Source: Leptolyngbyaceae cyanobacterium (GTDB lineage Bacteria > Cyanobacteriota > Cyanobacteriia > Phormidesmidales > Phormidesmidaceae). From it: a DNA stretch of 64,000 bases. A program made the position numbers and the translations under genes. The notes beneath the pieces are model-generated. The model was not told where the DNA came from and searched no databases. It saw only the letters and a program-made list of their open reading frames with translations. Positions 50,441 through 61,070 of the stretch are shown piece by piece. Each line of letters opens with the position of its first letter. Positions within the stretch are counted from its first letter, which is position 1. The stretch is taken from positions 1,952,001 to 2,016,000 of the forward strand of contig CBDHHL010000056.1 of NCBI GenBank assembly GCA_965263355.1. The letters are read 5' to 3'.

Positions 50441-52378
50441 CTAAATATCCAAATCGGCCATTTTGAGCTTAGGACCGTAGGTTTCAATAAACTCACGACG
50501 AGGTGCAACACGATCCCCCATAAGCACCGTAAAGATTCGTTCTGCCTCAGCCGCGTCTTCAATCTCTACTTTCTTTAGCGTGCGACTCTCAGGATTCATG
50601 GTGGTATCCCACAGCTGTTGGGGCATCATCTCACCTAACCCCTTAAATCGCTGCACATTATATTTTGCATTGTCAGGCAAAGCGCTAATGCCTCGCTGCA
50701 GTTCCTGATCGCTATAGCAGTAAGTATGACTTCGTCCCCGTTCTAGCTTGTATAAGGGAGGGCAAGCAATATAGACAAAGCCCTGATCAATCAGCGCCCG
50801 CTGATAGCGATAGAAAAATGTAAGCAACAGCGTACGAATATGGGCTCCGTCCACGTCCGCATCTGTCATCAGACAAATGCGGTGATAGCGCAGCTGTGAT
50901 GAGTCAAAATCCTCCCCCTTGATACCGAGTCCCAGGGCCGTAATCAAGGACTGCACTTCGTTGTTCTTATAGATCTTCGAATCATCAGTCTTTTCAATAT
51001 TGAGAATCTTGCCTCGCAACGGCAAAATAGCTTGAAAGCGACGATCACGTCCCTGTTTAGCACTTCCCCCTGCAGAATCCCCCTCAACAATAAAGATTTC
51101 TGACTCAGCCGGGTCGCGAGAGCTACAGTCTGCCAGCTTACCAGGCAAGGTAGACGACTCCAAAACTGACTTCCGCCTTACTAAATCACGGGCTCGACGG
51201 GCTGCTTCCGCAGCATTAAAAGACTGAATCGCTTTTTCTAGAATCGAATCCACAACGCTGGGATTAAAGTCTAGATACTCACTCAGGGTTTCCCCAATGA
51301 GCGAATCCACAATCCCGCGAACCTCAGTATTACCCAGCTTGGTTTTAGTCTGGCCTTCAAATTCCGGTTCTGGCACCTTAACGGAAATCACCGCCGTCAA
51401 CCCTTCACGAATATTCTCCCCCGCTAGATTTGCCTCATTTTCTTTACGCTTATTACGCTTGCGGGCAAAATTATTCATGGTGCGGGTAAGCACCGCTTTG
51501 AGACCCTCTAGATGGGTACCGCCATCAACGGTGCGAATGTTGTTGGCAAAGCCCATCAGATTGTCAGAATAGGCGTCTACAGACCACTGCAGAGCAGCTT
51601 CCACCTGTACTCCATTTTTCTCACCATCCACATAGATAATGTCAGGATGAATGGGCTGCTTCTCTTTATTAATGTATTCAACGTACTCTCGGATACCGCC
51701 TTCATAGAAATATCGGTTTATCTTAGGCTGATCAGCCTTGAGCAGTTCTAGGCGATGATCAGTAAAGGTAATATCCACACCGGCATTGAGATACGCCAAC
51801 TCCCGTAAACGACCAGCTAGGGTATTGTAATCAAACTCAATGGTCTCAGTAAAAATAAGACTGTCGGGCTTAAAGCTGACCGATGTGCCGGTACGACTGC
51901 CTGCACTACTCTTGACCGCTAGCTCACCCTGGGCATCTCCGCGCTCATAGCGCTGCTTATGCTCTTTCTTATTACGCCAAACGGTTACTTCCACCCATTC
52001 AGACAGGGCATTGACCACTGACACACCGACACCGTGGAGACCGCCAGATACTTTATAGCCGCCGCCGCCAAACTTACCGCCCGCGTGCAGTACGGTCATC
52101 ACAGTTTCTAAGGCAGACTTACCCGTACGAGAATGGACATCGGTAGGAATCCCCCGCCCATCGTCAGTCACCGTAACGGAGCCATCTGCGTTTAGGTCAA
52201 TGGTAATGTTGCTGCAGTAACCTGCTAATGCCTCGTCTACGGAGTTGTCAACAACCTCGTAAACTAGGTGATGCAAACCCCGCGGCCCAGTAGTACCAAT
52301 GTACATACCCGGTCGCTTGCGTACAGGCTCCAGGCCTTCGAGCACCTGAATCTGATCGGCACCATAGTCGGTTGTCAT
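50441..52378 (-). CDS. gyrB: DNA gyrase subunit B
   Basis: [50 protein letters not shown]. Confidence 0.98.
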   Translation of the reverse strand: MTTDYGADQIQVLEGLEPVRKRPGMYIGTTGPRGLHHLVYEVVDNSVDEALAGYCSNITIDLNADGSVTVTDDGRGIPTDVHSRTGKSALETVMTVLHAGGKFGGGGYKVSGGLHGVGVSVVNALSEWVEVTVWRNKKEHKQRYERGDAQGELAVKSSAGSRTGTSVSFKPDSLIFTETIEFDYNTLAGRLRELAYLNAGVDITFTDHRLELLKADQPKINRYFYEGGIREYVEYINKEKQPIHPDIIYVDGEKNGVQVEAALQWSVDAYSDNLMGFANNIRTVDGGTHLEGLKAVLTRTMNNFARKRNKRKENEANLAGENIREGLTAVISVKVPEPEFEGQTKTKLGNTEVRGIVDSLIGETLSEYLDFNPSVVDSILEKAIQSFNAAEAARRARDLVRRKSVLESSTLPGKLADCSSRDPAESEIFIVEGDSAGGSAKQGRDRRFQAILPLRGKILNIEKTDDSKIYKNNEVQSLITALGLGIKGEDFDSSQLRYHRICLMTDADVDGAHIRTLLLTFFYRYQRALIDQGFVYIACPPLYKLERGRSHTYCYSDQELQRGISALPDNAKYNVQRFKGLGEMMPQQLWDTTMNPESRTLKKVEIEDAAEAERIFTVLMGDRVAPRREFIETYGPKLKMADLDI

Positions 52379-52549
52379 GCTTTCCTATCTCCTAAGACGG
52401 TTGTAAAGCCGCAGTAGCATTAGAAATGAAATTGTGCCCCCGAATTTTAGCACAACCATGTTAAAAGCGATTCTGAATGGGTTTTAGAACGCGTATTTAT
52501 TAGGGATGGATCAAAAAAATTTACACATATTTTTAATAGGTCAGTTTCA

Positions 52550-53476
52550 TTGACTAATCTAACGTCTAAATTCAGTTCTTATGTACCATTACTTATTATA
52601 GTCGTTGGGCCAACGGCTGTAGGTAAGTCTGGTCTAGCCTTACAGCTAGCTGAGCGATTAAACGGCGTAATCTTAGGGGCAGATTCGCGGCAAATATATC
52701 GCGAGTTTGATATTGGCACCGCCAAGCCATCTTTAGCAGACCGGCAACAGGTACCGCATTACTTAGTGGATATATGCGAGCCGACTGAAACTTTAACAGT
52801 TGCTGATTATCAAGCCAAGGCCCAAATGTTAATTCAGCAAATACATGGACAAAAAACACATGTGCCTTTGTTGGTTGGTGGCACGGGACTGTATGTGAGT
52901 GCGATCGCAAAAGGTTTAATTATTCCCCGAGTCGCACCACAACCCTCACTGCGACAGCAGCTAACCAGTGTAGGACAACCCCAGTGTTATGCATTTTTGT
53001 GCCAGGTTGATCCGGTCGCTGCAAAACGAATTCACCCTAATGATGCGGTTCGAACCCTCCGGGCGCTAGAAGTCTACTATGCCACTGGACGCCCTATTTC
53101 AGTTCAACAGGGCGAAAATCCACCGAATTATCCCCTTACATATGTGGGGTTAGATTGTGGTGATGCTTTACGTCAGCGCATTGCTCAACGCACTCAATAT
53201 ATGTTGGAGGCTGGCTTTGTGACTGAGGTGGAATCATTGATCAATCGTTACGGCAAGAATTTGCCATTGTTAGACACCCTGGGATATGCGGAAATTAAGC
53301 AGTATTTAGCTGGGGAAATAACTTTAGATGAAGCGATTGTTTTAATTGTTCGTCATACACAACAGTTTGCGAAGCGGCAGAGGACTTGGTTTCGGAAAGT
53401 GGATGGGATTGAGTGGTTTGATTCGAACGCGTCTGATTTGATCGATCGGGTTTGGCAATATGTTCAAGGATTTTAG
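52550..53476 (+). CDS. miaA: tRNA dimethylallyltransferase
   Basis: GPTAVGKS, DSRQIY, IGTAKP, VGGTGLY, AKRQRTWF. Confidence 0.97.
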   Translation: MTNLTSKFSSYVPLLIIVVGPTAVGKSGLALQLAERLNGVILGADSRQIYREFDIGTAKPSLADRQQVPHYLVDICEPTETLTVADYQAKAQMLIQQIHGQKTHVPLLVGGTGLYVSAIAKGLIIPRVAPQPSLRQQLTSVGQPQCYAFLCQVDPVAAKRIHPNDAVRTLRALEVYYATGRPISVQQGENPPNYPLTYVGLDCGDALRQRIAQRTQYMLEAGFVTEVESLINRYGKNLPLLDTLGYAEIKQYLAGEITLDEAIVLIVRHTQQFAKRQRTWFRKVDGIEWFDSNASDLIDRVWQYVQGF

Positions 53477-53565
53477 ACCTACAAAATGCCAAGAAAGTCT
53501 TTCAAGTTAAATAGTTACATTCACCTCAAAAGGTTTTAACAGCAATGGCATACCTGTTCTTTTAC

Positions 53566-55212
53566 TTATTTCCTCAACCCATGACTCTTACCAATCACCC
53601 AATGCCGCCGAAAATACCTTGATAAACTCGATTCTTCCAACGTCAAACAAATCGGTCGCCCATGGGGACAAGTACGTGGATTCTTCGTCCGCTGCCAATC
53701 ATCCAAAAGTGTTTGCATAGCCTCTAATGCCAACGGCGTACCATTCCGAATCGCCGTGCGACAAGCCGTTGCCACCATCGCCTCATCAATATCCCCTCCT
53801 AAACTCATTTCAAGTAAGGCATCGGCACAATCTTCTCGCTCCACTAGAGGAACCGGCACCGATCTTACGGCCCAAAGATTTTCTCCAAATAAATCAATCT
53901 CTAAATTTAACCGCTTTAGCTGTTCTACCTGCCGAGCACTAAGCTGACTCAGAATAATAGCAGGCTCTACAGGAACTGTTTTCCAATGCGCCTTAATCTG
54001 CTCATAAATCACCCGCTCATGGGCAATGTGCTGCTCCACCAGACACAGACCACCGCTGTGCTCGGCCACGATGTAGGTGTCTTGAACCTGGGCGACGGCT
54101 TTGAGCTGACTTGGTAGCTCGTGGCCACTAAAGCCATACCCCCCCGCCGCCTCAGCCACCTTAAAGAGCTGTTTAGTACGCTGGGTTTGGGCATTGTCTA
54201 CCACGTTTGATAGCCGTAATGTCTTTTCAACCGCAGTGGCAAGGCGATCGCACCACCCCTCCATATCTTGCAGATAAATCTCCGACTTAGCCGGATTCCG
54301 ATTCCAGTCAATCTGCTGGGACGGTACCCGCAGATGCAAAAAGCACACCGGATAGCGATCGCGGGGTAACGTCCGTCGAAAGTTATAGATCAATGACTGC
54401 ACTAAAACAGGTGCACTCACCGTCCGACCATTAATCGCCACCCGCACCCAGTCCGGACGACGACGATGACAGCGATCCGGCAACCCCACCAGCAAATCTA
54501 GCTGGCTCTGGGCACAGCCTAAATCCTCAGCGCTAAGGCTCACCTGTGCCAAATCATGGACGGTGACATCTCGTAAAATCTGGGGCAACATCGTTTTAGC
54601 CGTCGACCCAGGCCACAGAGTAAACCAAGCCCGGTCAGTATGGGCCACCTGCCAAGTCACCTGGGGATGGCAAAGGGCTAACTGCTGCACTGTTTGCTGC
54701 ACTTGACGCAGCTGTTGAGCCACGGCTGGCAACACCTGACGTCGGTTGGGGAGTCGGGCAAAAAGATTATCAGCGGTGACTACGGTGCCGGGGGCAATCC
54801 CCACTTCTTCAATCCCTAAAACCAACCCCTCAGAACCATAGTTCACCCGCCAGCCCATATCTCCTGCTACCCGGCTGCGAATCTCTAACTCCGACAGCTG
54901 GGCCAGACTATGTAATGCCTCACCGCGAAACCCAAGACTATGAATTTGCCTCAGATCGTCACAGGTACGAATCTTACTAGTGCTATGGGCCGTCGCCGCC
55001 TGTTCTAAATCAGCGCGATTGATCCCGGTACCATTGTCGGTCACCCGCACCCGCCATAGGTCTGGCCACAAATGAATAGCAATCCTGGTCGCTCCAGCAT
55101 CTAGCGCATTCTCAGATAGCTCTCGCGCAACCGCCGCCAGAGAGTCAATCACTTCTCCAGCGGCAATCAAACTGATCACATCCTGGGACAGGCGTTGAAT
55201 AGGTGAAGCAAT
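53566..55212 (-). CDS. mutL: DNA mismatch repair protein MutL (probable ATT start)
   Basis: IAAGEVI, ENALDAGA, HSTSKI, LGFRGEAL, EQHIAHER, CPHGRP; the conserved IQRL segment lies upstream of GTG 55179. Confidence 0.95.
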   Translation of the reverse strand: MASPIQRLSQDVISLIAAGEVIDSLAAVARELSENALDAGATRIAIHLWPDLWRVRVTDNGTGINRADLEQAATAHSTSKIRTCDDLRQIHSLGFRGEALHSLAQLSELEIRSRVAGDMGWRVNYGSEGLVLGIEEVGIAPGTVVTADNLFARLPNRRQVLPAVAQQLRQVQQTVQQLALCHPQVTWQVAHTDRAWFTLWPGSTAKTMLPQILRDVTVHDLAQVSLSAEDLGCAQSQLDLLVGLPDRCHRRRPDWVRVAINGRTVSAPVLVQSLIYNFRRTLPRDRYPVCFLHLRVPSQQIDWNRNPAKSEIYLQDMEGWCDRLATAVEKTLRLSNVVDNAQTQRTKQLFKVAEAAGGYGFSGHELPSQLKAVAQVQDTYIVAEHSGGLCLVEQHIAHERVIYEQIKAHWKTVPVEPAIILSQLSARQVEQLKRLNLEIDLFGENLWAVRSVPVPLVEREDCADALLEMSLGGDIDEAMVATACRTAIRNGTPLALEAMQTLLDDWQRTKNPRTCPHGRPICLTLEESSLSRYFRRHWVIGKSHGLRK

Positions 55213-55275
55213 GGTAATAGTAAACGCTCCGTAGGTGTTAATGTTCTTCTAACGCTATCGCGAAAGACGAATTTT

Positions 55276-55878
55276 ATGATCTCAGAGATCTATAAGCCAG
55301 CCTCAATTGCTAAGATTCAAGCCGAGAAGGGCAAAATGCGTCGGTCGTTACTAAAGGCACGTCAGGCAATCCCCCCCCAGGTTTGGCGACAGAAGTGCGA
55401 TCGCATTTGTACCCATCTAGGCCAATGGCCTACCTTCCAAAAAGCACGTACGACATTGGCCTATTGCAGCTTTCGCAATGAACCAGACCTCGGCAGCCTA
55501 CTGGCCCAGCAACGCTCTTGGGGACTTCCTCGTTGCCAGGGGAAAACGCTTATTTGGCATCGATGGTTTCCCACCTGTCGTTGGCCCTTACGCTCTGGCA
55601 CCTATGGCATTACCGAACCAGATCCCACATCACCAGTGGTGGATCCACGTCGAGTAGACTTAATTTTAGTGCCAGCCGTCGCCTGTGATGTCAAAGGCTA
55701 CCGCTTAGGCTACGGTGGTGGCTTCTATGATCGCATGCTCAGTCAACCCAGCTGGCAGGGCAAACCCACTATTGGTATTGTGTTCGAGTTTGCTCGCTTA
55801 CCCCAGATTCCCAAAAACAGTTGGGACCGCCCTTTAGATGGTATCTGTACCGAAAGTGGCTTGTTTCTGGCGGACTAG
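55276..55878 (+). CDS. 5-formyltetrahydrofolate cyclo-ligase
   Basis: YGITEP, DLILVPAVA, RLGYGGGFYDR. Confidence 0.92.
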   Translation: MISEIYKPASIAKIQAEKGKMRRSLLKARQAIPPQVWRQKCDRICTHLGQWPTFQKARTTLAYCSFRNEPDLGSLLAQQRSWGLPRCQGKTLIWHRWFPTCRWPLRSGTYGITEPDPTSPVVDPRRVDLILVPAVACDVKGYRLGYGGGFYDRMLSQPSWQGKPTIGIVFEFARLPQIPKNSWDRPLDGICTESGLFLAD

Positions 55879-56276
55879 TCATGAACCAACTTCACAGTTT
55901 GCTAGCTGGACTTTATTGAATTTTTTTCATCAACTGAACAGTGGGTTACTCACTAGATTTTCTTAAAACAGTCCGTACTTTCACGGTTAAAGTTAGAGGG
56001 CAGACTGCGGCAGCAACAGATATTGCACTAAGTGCACATTGATCCTGATAACCATAACGATAAAAACGGCTAAGTCACTGCATCAATTGGATAAAAAATC
56101 CATAAAGGCACTGATAGATTTAACCAACTTCACCATCTTTAAGAATGCGCACTTTATGCCTTCTTTATCCTTATAGCCAGATGGGATTGCGTAAGTAAAA
56201 AGTAATGATGACTGAGTTACCTTTATTCATCAGCTGAATCACTTACCCGCCAATATTAGACGCAAAGGTTATATCT

Positions 56277-56567
56277 ATGCCATCCGTTACTAATCCGTCC
56301 ACTCAAACGTTTCATCCAGGCTTTTGCACTGCAACGATAAAACCTGCCCACACATTTCGCTTAGGCGAAATTTTAGTTCGCCATGGCTCTATCTCTAAAG
56401 AGCAGCTAGAGCAAGTAATTCTAGCCCAAGCCCAGCAAACTGACTGTCATTTCAAATATAAGCTGGGTGAAATGTTACTCTCTAAAAAAATGATTACTAC
56501 TCAAGAATTAAGAGCTGGGTTAAAAGAACAATTTTGGCGTAATCATGGTTTCTGGGTGATCGACTAA
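56277..56567 (+). CDS. Stand-alone MshEN-motif protein (putative c-di-GMP receptor)
   Basis: RLGEILVRHGSISKEQLEQVILAQ and KLGEMLLSKKMITTQELRAGLKEQ. Confidence 0.7.
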   Translation: MPSVTNPSTQTFHPGFCTATIKPAHTFRLGEILVRHGSISKEQLEQVILAQAQQTDCHFKYKLGEMLLSKKMITTQELRAGLKEQFWRNHGFWVID

Positions 56568-56580
56568 GCTCAACGGACAA

Positions 56581-57606
56581 TCAGGATAGAATTCCTGAGA
56601 GCACCAATTTACCAACCATCTGACGTGATTCTAGACGCTCATGGGCTTTTGCCAAGTTATCAGGACTCAGTAGCCCCAAATGCTCCGTCATCGTACTTTT
56701 AACAACACCCCGCTCTATAAGGTCGGCCACCCGATTCAGTAACTCATGTTGTGAACGCATATCGACTGTCTCATAAAGAGCTTTGGTAAACATAAACTCC
56801 CAGGCAAAGGCAACACTTTTATTTTTCAATAAATTTAGATCAGGAGGTGTTTTAGTCGAAACTACAGCGCAAATTCCCCCCTGAGGCTTAATCAAATCAG
56901 CCATAACTTGCCAGTAGTAATTCGTATCATTAAGACAGAGAATATAATCAACAGCTTTTATCCCTAGTCTCTCCAACTCAGCCTTCAAATCACCATGATG
57001 ATTGACACAGTGAGCGGCACCTAACTGCATACACCATTTTCTCGAAACCCCTCTAGACGCTGTTGCAATTACTTGCAAACCAGCATACCTGGCCAACTGA
57101 ATTGCCATTGAGCCAACACCACCCGCAGCACCAATAATTAGCAGAGTAGCGTTATTACTCCCAGTCTCAGAAGAGATCTTCAAACGTTCAAAAAGAGACT
57201 CCCAAGCAGTAATAGTGGTTAATGGCAACGCTGCTGCCTCTTCAAAAGACAGGCGCTTTGGCTTATAGCCAACAATACGCTCATCGACCAAGTGATACTC
57301 ACTATTACAGCCAGGTCTTGCAATACTGCCAGCATAGTAAACCTCATCTCCAGGTTGAAACAGGGTAACCTGCTGCCCCACAGCTGTCACAACGCCAGCC
57401 GCATCCCAACCCAGAATTTTAGGTGTCATCAATCGCCCTTGTACAGAAGCACGAACTTTACAGTCAATCGGATTTACGGACACTGCTCGCACCTGAACCT
57501 GCAAGTCTCGCTCACCCAGCTTTGGCATCGCCAGGTAACACTCCATAAAACAGTCGGGATGGCCTACAGGCAGGAATTGACTCACTCCAAACGCTTTCAT
57601 CATCAT
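56581..57606 (-). CDS. MDR-superfamily quinone oxidoreductase-like protein (zinc-binding ADH family)
   Basis: VSVNPID.K, GWDAAG, LPLTTITAWE, GAAGGVGS, WEFMF. Confidence 0.9.
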   Translation of the reverse strand: MMMKAFGVSQFLPVGHPDCFMECYLAMPKLGERDLQVQVRAVSVNPIDCKVRASVQGRLMTPKILGWDAAGVVTAVGQQVTLFQPGDEVYYAGSIARPGCNSEYHLVDERIVGYKPKRLSFEEAAALPLTTITAWESLFERLKISSETGSNNATLLIIGAAGGVGSMAIQLARYAGLQVIATASRGVSRKWCMQLGAAHCVNHHGDLKAELERLGIKAVDYILCLNDTNYYWQVMADLIKPQGGICAVVSTKTPPDLNLLKNKSVAFAWEFMFTKALYETVDMRSQHELLNRVADLIERGVVKSTMTEHLGLLSPDNLAKAHERLESRQMVGKLVLSGILS

Positions 57607-58129
57607 AGCAATCACTTGAACACCCCAATTACAAGGCCTACTTTTGCTCCTCCTGTTCTTCCGACAACCTAGCAAAACCTTAATTCAGCCTGAATACGCC
57701 ACAAGACATCGCAAAGCACCAATTCATGACAAAGGAGGCCACTATCAGCATAGAGCGGACTAGATGTCGTTAATCGTCCACCAACAAAAAGGACAACAAA
57801 ATAGTATACACAAACACATATCTGTCATTCCCTAACCTTAAAAAAAGTCTTCTAGCTCACAGACTAACTAGACAACGATGTGGTTATGTTCTAAACAGAA
57901 TACGCAGTACCTATGAGCCTATAGGCACTCCCTTTATTCTACGAAAAATAAAAATTGTTATTTCAGCCTTCATAACTCAAAACTTATCTTGTCTGATGTA
58001 GCCTAAGTTACTTATTTGTAGACAGTTACGAATCTTTTATCTTTGGACACTTCTAGTAAGTTTTTTGTGGTTTTGTCTGATATTGTAAAGTTTATTATAT
58101 ATTGCGGTTGCTATTTACTTGGAACAACA

Positions 58130-59902
58130 ATGGCAAATACTACCCAAGCTGTTAAAGCATTTATTTCAGCTTACGACAGTACTACTTTGGCATCTCAAAA
58201 GTTAGATGATGCCATTGAAGCTATGTGTTGTAGCAAATCTTTCAGAAGTTTGATTCTCGCATTGGTCAAAAGTCCTGCTTTCTCTGAAGAACTTGGAAAA
58301 GAGTTTGAAGAAGCGGGTGCAATCTTAGGACTATCCGCCTGTCGTAGCCTACGCAGTTGTCTCAACTTTTCCATTGGGCAATTTTTTGGGCTTTTGGCTG
58401 AGGTGATTTCTGCTTTTGATCAAGCAGCGGGGGAGAGATGGAGCAGGTTCGCTAATCGCTTACATGGGTCCAATTTTGGGGTTGGCAAGCTCCTAGAGCG
58501 TCTTCTGCGCAGCGCCGAAAGCAGTTTTTACAAGGACTTAGCTGCTAAACTAGTTGATGAAAATCCCCATGCGGTTTATCCCACCTCTAGCTATCGTGAG
58601 AGTCAGGCTAACGTAGTCAGCACCGATGACGACCAAGTCATTGAAGCCGTGATGACAGCACGAACATTTACATCTATTCGTGTGGTTGAAAATACGCTAG
58701 AGCCAGAACAAACAGTGTTGCGTGACATGTACATTAGCCATGGTCGCTGCATTTGCTTAGTCGATAAAAATGTTGAAAGCTATTATGGCGAAAAGATTGA
58801 AGCCTATTTCAACTATCACGGTATTCACTTGGAGAAGCTTGTATACCGAGCCATGGAAGTCGATAAGGGCATTCGTACTGTGGAACGGATGTTAGGAGAT
58901 TTCAAACGGCTTGGCGTCTGTCGCCATGAACCCGTTTTGCTCATTGGTGGTGGGGTTATCGCCGATACCGGTGGTCTTGCCTGTGCCCTTTACCACCGAA
59001 ATACCCCCTACGTTATGCTTTCTACATCTATTGTGGCAGGCATTGATGCAGGTCCTTCTCCCCGCACATGCTGCGATGGTTTTGGTTACAAAAATCTCTT
59101 CGGCGCATATCATGCGCCAGTTCTATCCTTAACTGACCGTTTCTTCTTTAAGACACTGCGGGAAGGTTGGCTACGCCATGGCATTATAGAAATCATCAAA
59201 ATGGCTGCAATCAAGGATCTGGAGCTATTTGAATATCTCGAACAGGCTGGACCAGAACTAATTGAAACTCGTTTTGGTACTCTCAATTGTGAACCGGGCT
59301 CCAACATTAGTGTTCTTTCTCAGAAAATTCTTGGAGCTGCACTCAGAAGTTATGTTGAGGCAGAATACGGCAATCTCTATGAAACCCACCAATGTCGTCC
59401 TCATGCCTATGGACATACCTGGTCTCCCGGTTTCGAGATTGAAGCAGGGTTACTACATGGTCACGCCGTCGCTATAGGCATGGGCTTTGGTGCTTACCTC
59501 AGCTACTGCGAAAACTGGATTACTGCTGAGCAATTCCATCGAATTTTAAAGCTGATCAGTTCCTTTGGCCTTAGTCTCTGGCATGATGTTCTCCTGAATA
59601 AGGAAACCCTGTGGGCCTCCCAGGAAAAGATTATTCAAAAGCGCGGTGGGAACTTGGCAGCTCCCTTACCCAAGGGTGAAATTGGTAAATGCGGCTATCT
59701 CAACTCCTTAACCCAGGAAGAACTGTACGCCGCTATCAGCGCTTACCGTGAAATTTGCCAAGACTACCCACGTCAGGGCGTCGGCATTGACCCACTGTGC
59801 AGTGATGTTGGCCTCGAAGATCCATCTACTATAGGTCATAGCCTAATGGAAACCGCCAAAGAACACTCCACAGAAACAGCCGAAGTTCTATTTCCTGTAT
59901 AG
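58130..59902 (+). CDS. Sedoheptulose 7-phosphate cyclase, divergent DDG-synthase (MysA)-like, with N-terminal extension
   Basis: GGGVIADTGG, KNLFGAYH, EIIKMA, AYGHTWSP, LLHGHAV (DDGS-type, unlike AroB HGEAV). Confidence 0.8.
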   Translation: MANTTQAVKAFISAYDSTTLASQKLDDAIEAMCCSKSFRSLILALVKSPAFSEELGKEFEEAGAILGLSACRSLRSCLNFSIGQFFGLLAEVISAFDQAAGERWSRFANRLHGSNFGVGKLLERLLRSAESSFYKDLAAKLVDENPHAVYPTSSYRESQANVVSTDDDQVIEAVMTARTFTSIRVVENTLEPEQTVLRDMYISHGRCICLVDKNVESYYGEKIEAYFNYHGIHLEKLVYRAMEVDKGIRTVERMLGDFKRLGVCRHEPVLLIGGGVIADTGGLACALYHRNTPYVMLSTSIVAGIDAGPSPRTCCDGFGYKNLFGAYHAPVLSLTDRFFFKTLREGWLRHGIIEIIKMAAIKDLELFEYLEQAGPELIETRFGTLNCEPGSNISVLSQKILGAALRSYVEAEYGNLYETHQCRPHAYGHTWSPGFEIEAGLLHGHAVAIGMGFGAYLSYCENWITAEQFHRILKLISSFGLSLWHDVLLNKETLWASQEKIIQKRGGNLAAPLPKGEIGKCGYLNSLTQEELYAAISAYREICQDYPRQGVGIDPLCSDVGLEDPSTIGHSLMETAKEHSTETAEVLFPV

Positions 59903-59912
59903 GAAAACCTCT

Positions 59913-59940
59913 GTAGGGGCATTGCATGTAATGCCCCTAC
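59913..59940. repeat. GTAG-family REP palindrome
   Basis: GTAGGGGCATTGCATGTAATGCCCCTAC, one mismatch from a perfect palindrome. Confidence 0.75.
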
Positions 59941-59990
59941 TTACTACATAATTGTCATCCCTTTTGCTTACACGAACGCTTGAGATTGTC

Positions 59991-61016
59991 ATGGCGCATC
60001 CTCCCTTTGATATTGTTATTCCACTATTTCGTACCCGCTGGAACACTCGCGCTGTTTTAGAAGGCTTAACTTTTCACTATCAACCTCAAGCGATCCACAT
60101 TATTACCCTGCCTGATGAGGTAGCCTCTTTAGCGCAAATATCTAAAGAGTGGAAAACTGCCCCCCTTCATATTCATAACGAAGAAATATTTTTCCAAACA
60201 GTTGGGTTAACTAAAACCTCTATTTGCGCCGAACTAAACCTGGGTAAATCACTCTACAACCCTGGCTGGTTTTATCAGCAGCTCTTAAAACTTGGCGCGT
60301 TTGAAGGCCTTCCTGACCTCAGTGAATGGTACTTAGTTTGGGACAGCGATCTGCTACCTGTAGCAACCTGGCCAACATTACGTGGTGAAGGGGACAATTT
60401 AGAACATATGTTTGCTCTGTTGCAGCATAATGCCTATGGCAATCCCACCATTGTTGGGAAATGGGAAACTTGGATTCAATCAGTCTTAGGAGTACCCCCC
60501 TTAACAGATGAGACAGGAACCTTTGTGCCCCACCACATGTGGTTTAAGCAAGACCATCTGAAATCATTTGCCCAACAGATTAATAACTACTACGAATCTA
60601 CGGCTCATTGGCTGCTATTGATGATGCGCTCAGCCAATGATTTTGGTACCTTTAGTGAGTATTGGGCCTACGTTTCATGGGTAGCCAACCAAACGCCGAC
60701 AGACATTGCCTTTTATCCCTATGCCCAATACGGAGAAACCACCGAACGCTTCTTTGATGATGGTACAGGCCTATTCTCCACAACCCTGAGAACCAGTCTA
60801 TCGATAGAGCCTAATGGACCAGATGATGGCTTTTCTCCTGCCTATACAGAGGTGAATACATTCATCCAGACTGAGTATGGCGAAGATGCATTACCCTCTT
60901 CAATTGCCTTTGAAAGCAGCCCTCGCCATTTGAAAAAGAATAGCGAGACTATGCACATTGAAGAAACACGCTCTCGCTGGAATCCACGAATGGCAGGAGA
61001 ACCAGCGGCAGTTTAA
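59991..61016 (+). CDS. DUF6492-like / GT-A-like hypothetical protein
   Basis: FDIVIP, GWFYQQLLKL, YLVWDSD (DxD), HHM, FSEY. Confidence 0.6.
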   Translation: MAHPPFDIVIPLFRTRWNTRAVLEGLTFHYQPQAIHIITLPDEVASLAQISKEWKTAPLHIHNEEIFFQTVGLTKTSICAELNLGKSLYNPGWFYQQLLKLGAFEGLPDLSEWYLVWDSDLLPVATWPTLRGEGDNLEHMFALLQHNAYGNPTIVGKWETWIQSVLGVPPLTDETGTFVPHHMWFKQDHLKSFAQQINNYYESTAHWLLLMMRSANDFGTFSEYWAYVSWVANQTPTDIAFYPYAQYGETTERFFDDGTGLFSTTLRTSLSIEPNGPDDGFSPAYTEVNTFIQTEYGEDALPSSIAFESSPRHLKKNSETMHIEETRSRWNPRMAGEPAAV

Positions 61017-61070
61017 CAAATGGCAAGTAGCAAGCGATAAGTAGCAAGTAACGCACAAAAGAAACGCTCG

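Noticed and set aside
2501..55404. Frequent GCGATCGC octamers
   Set aside because: HIP1, a well-known cyanobacterial feature; used only as a taxonomic cue
58130..59902. aroB (3-dehydroquinate synthase)
   Set aside because: GHTWSP and HGHAV motifs and the long N-terminal extension fit DDGS-like cyclases better
61022..61052. GCAAGTA heptamer repeats
   Set aside because: A short degenerate STRR-like tract between convergent genes, ordinary in filamentous cyanobacteria
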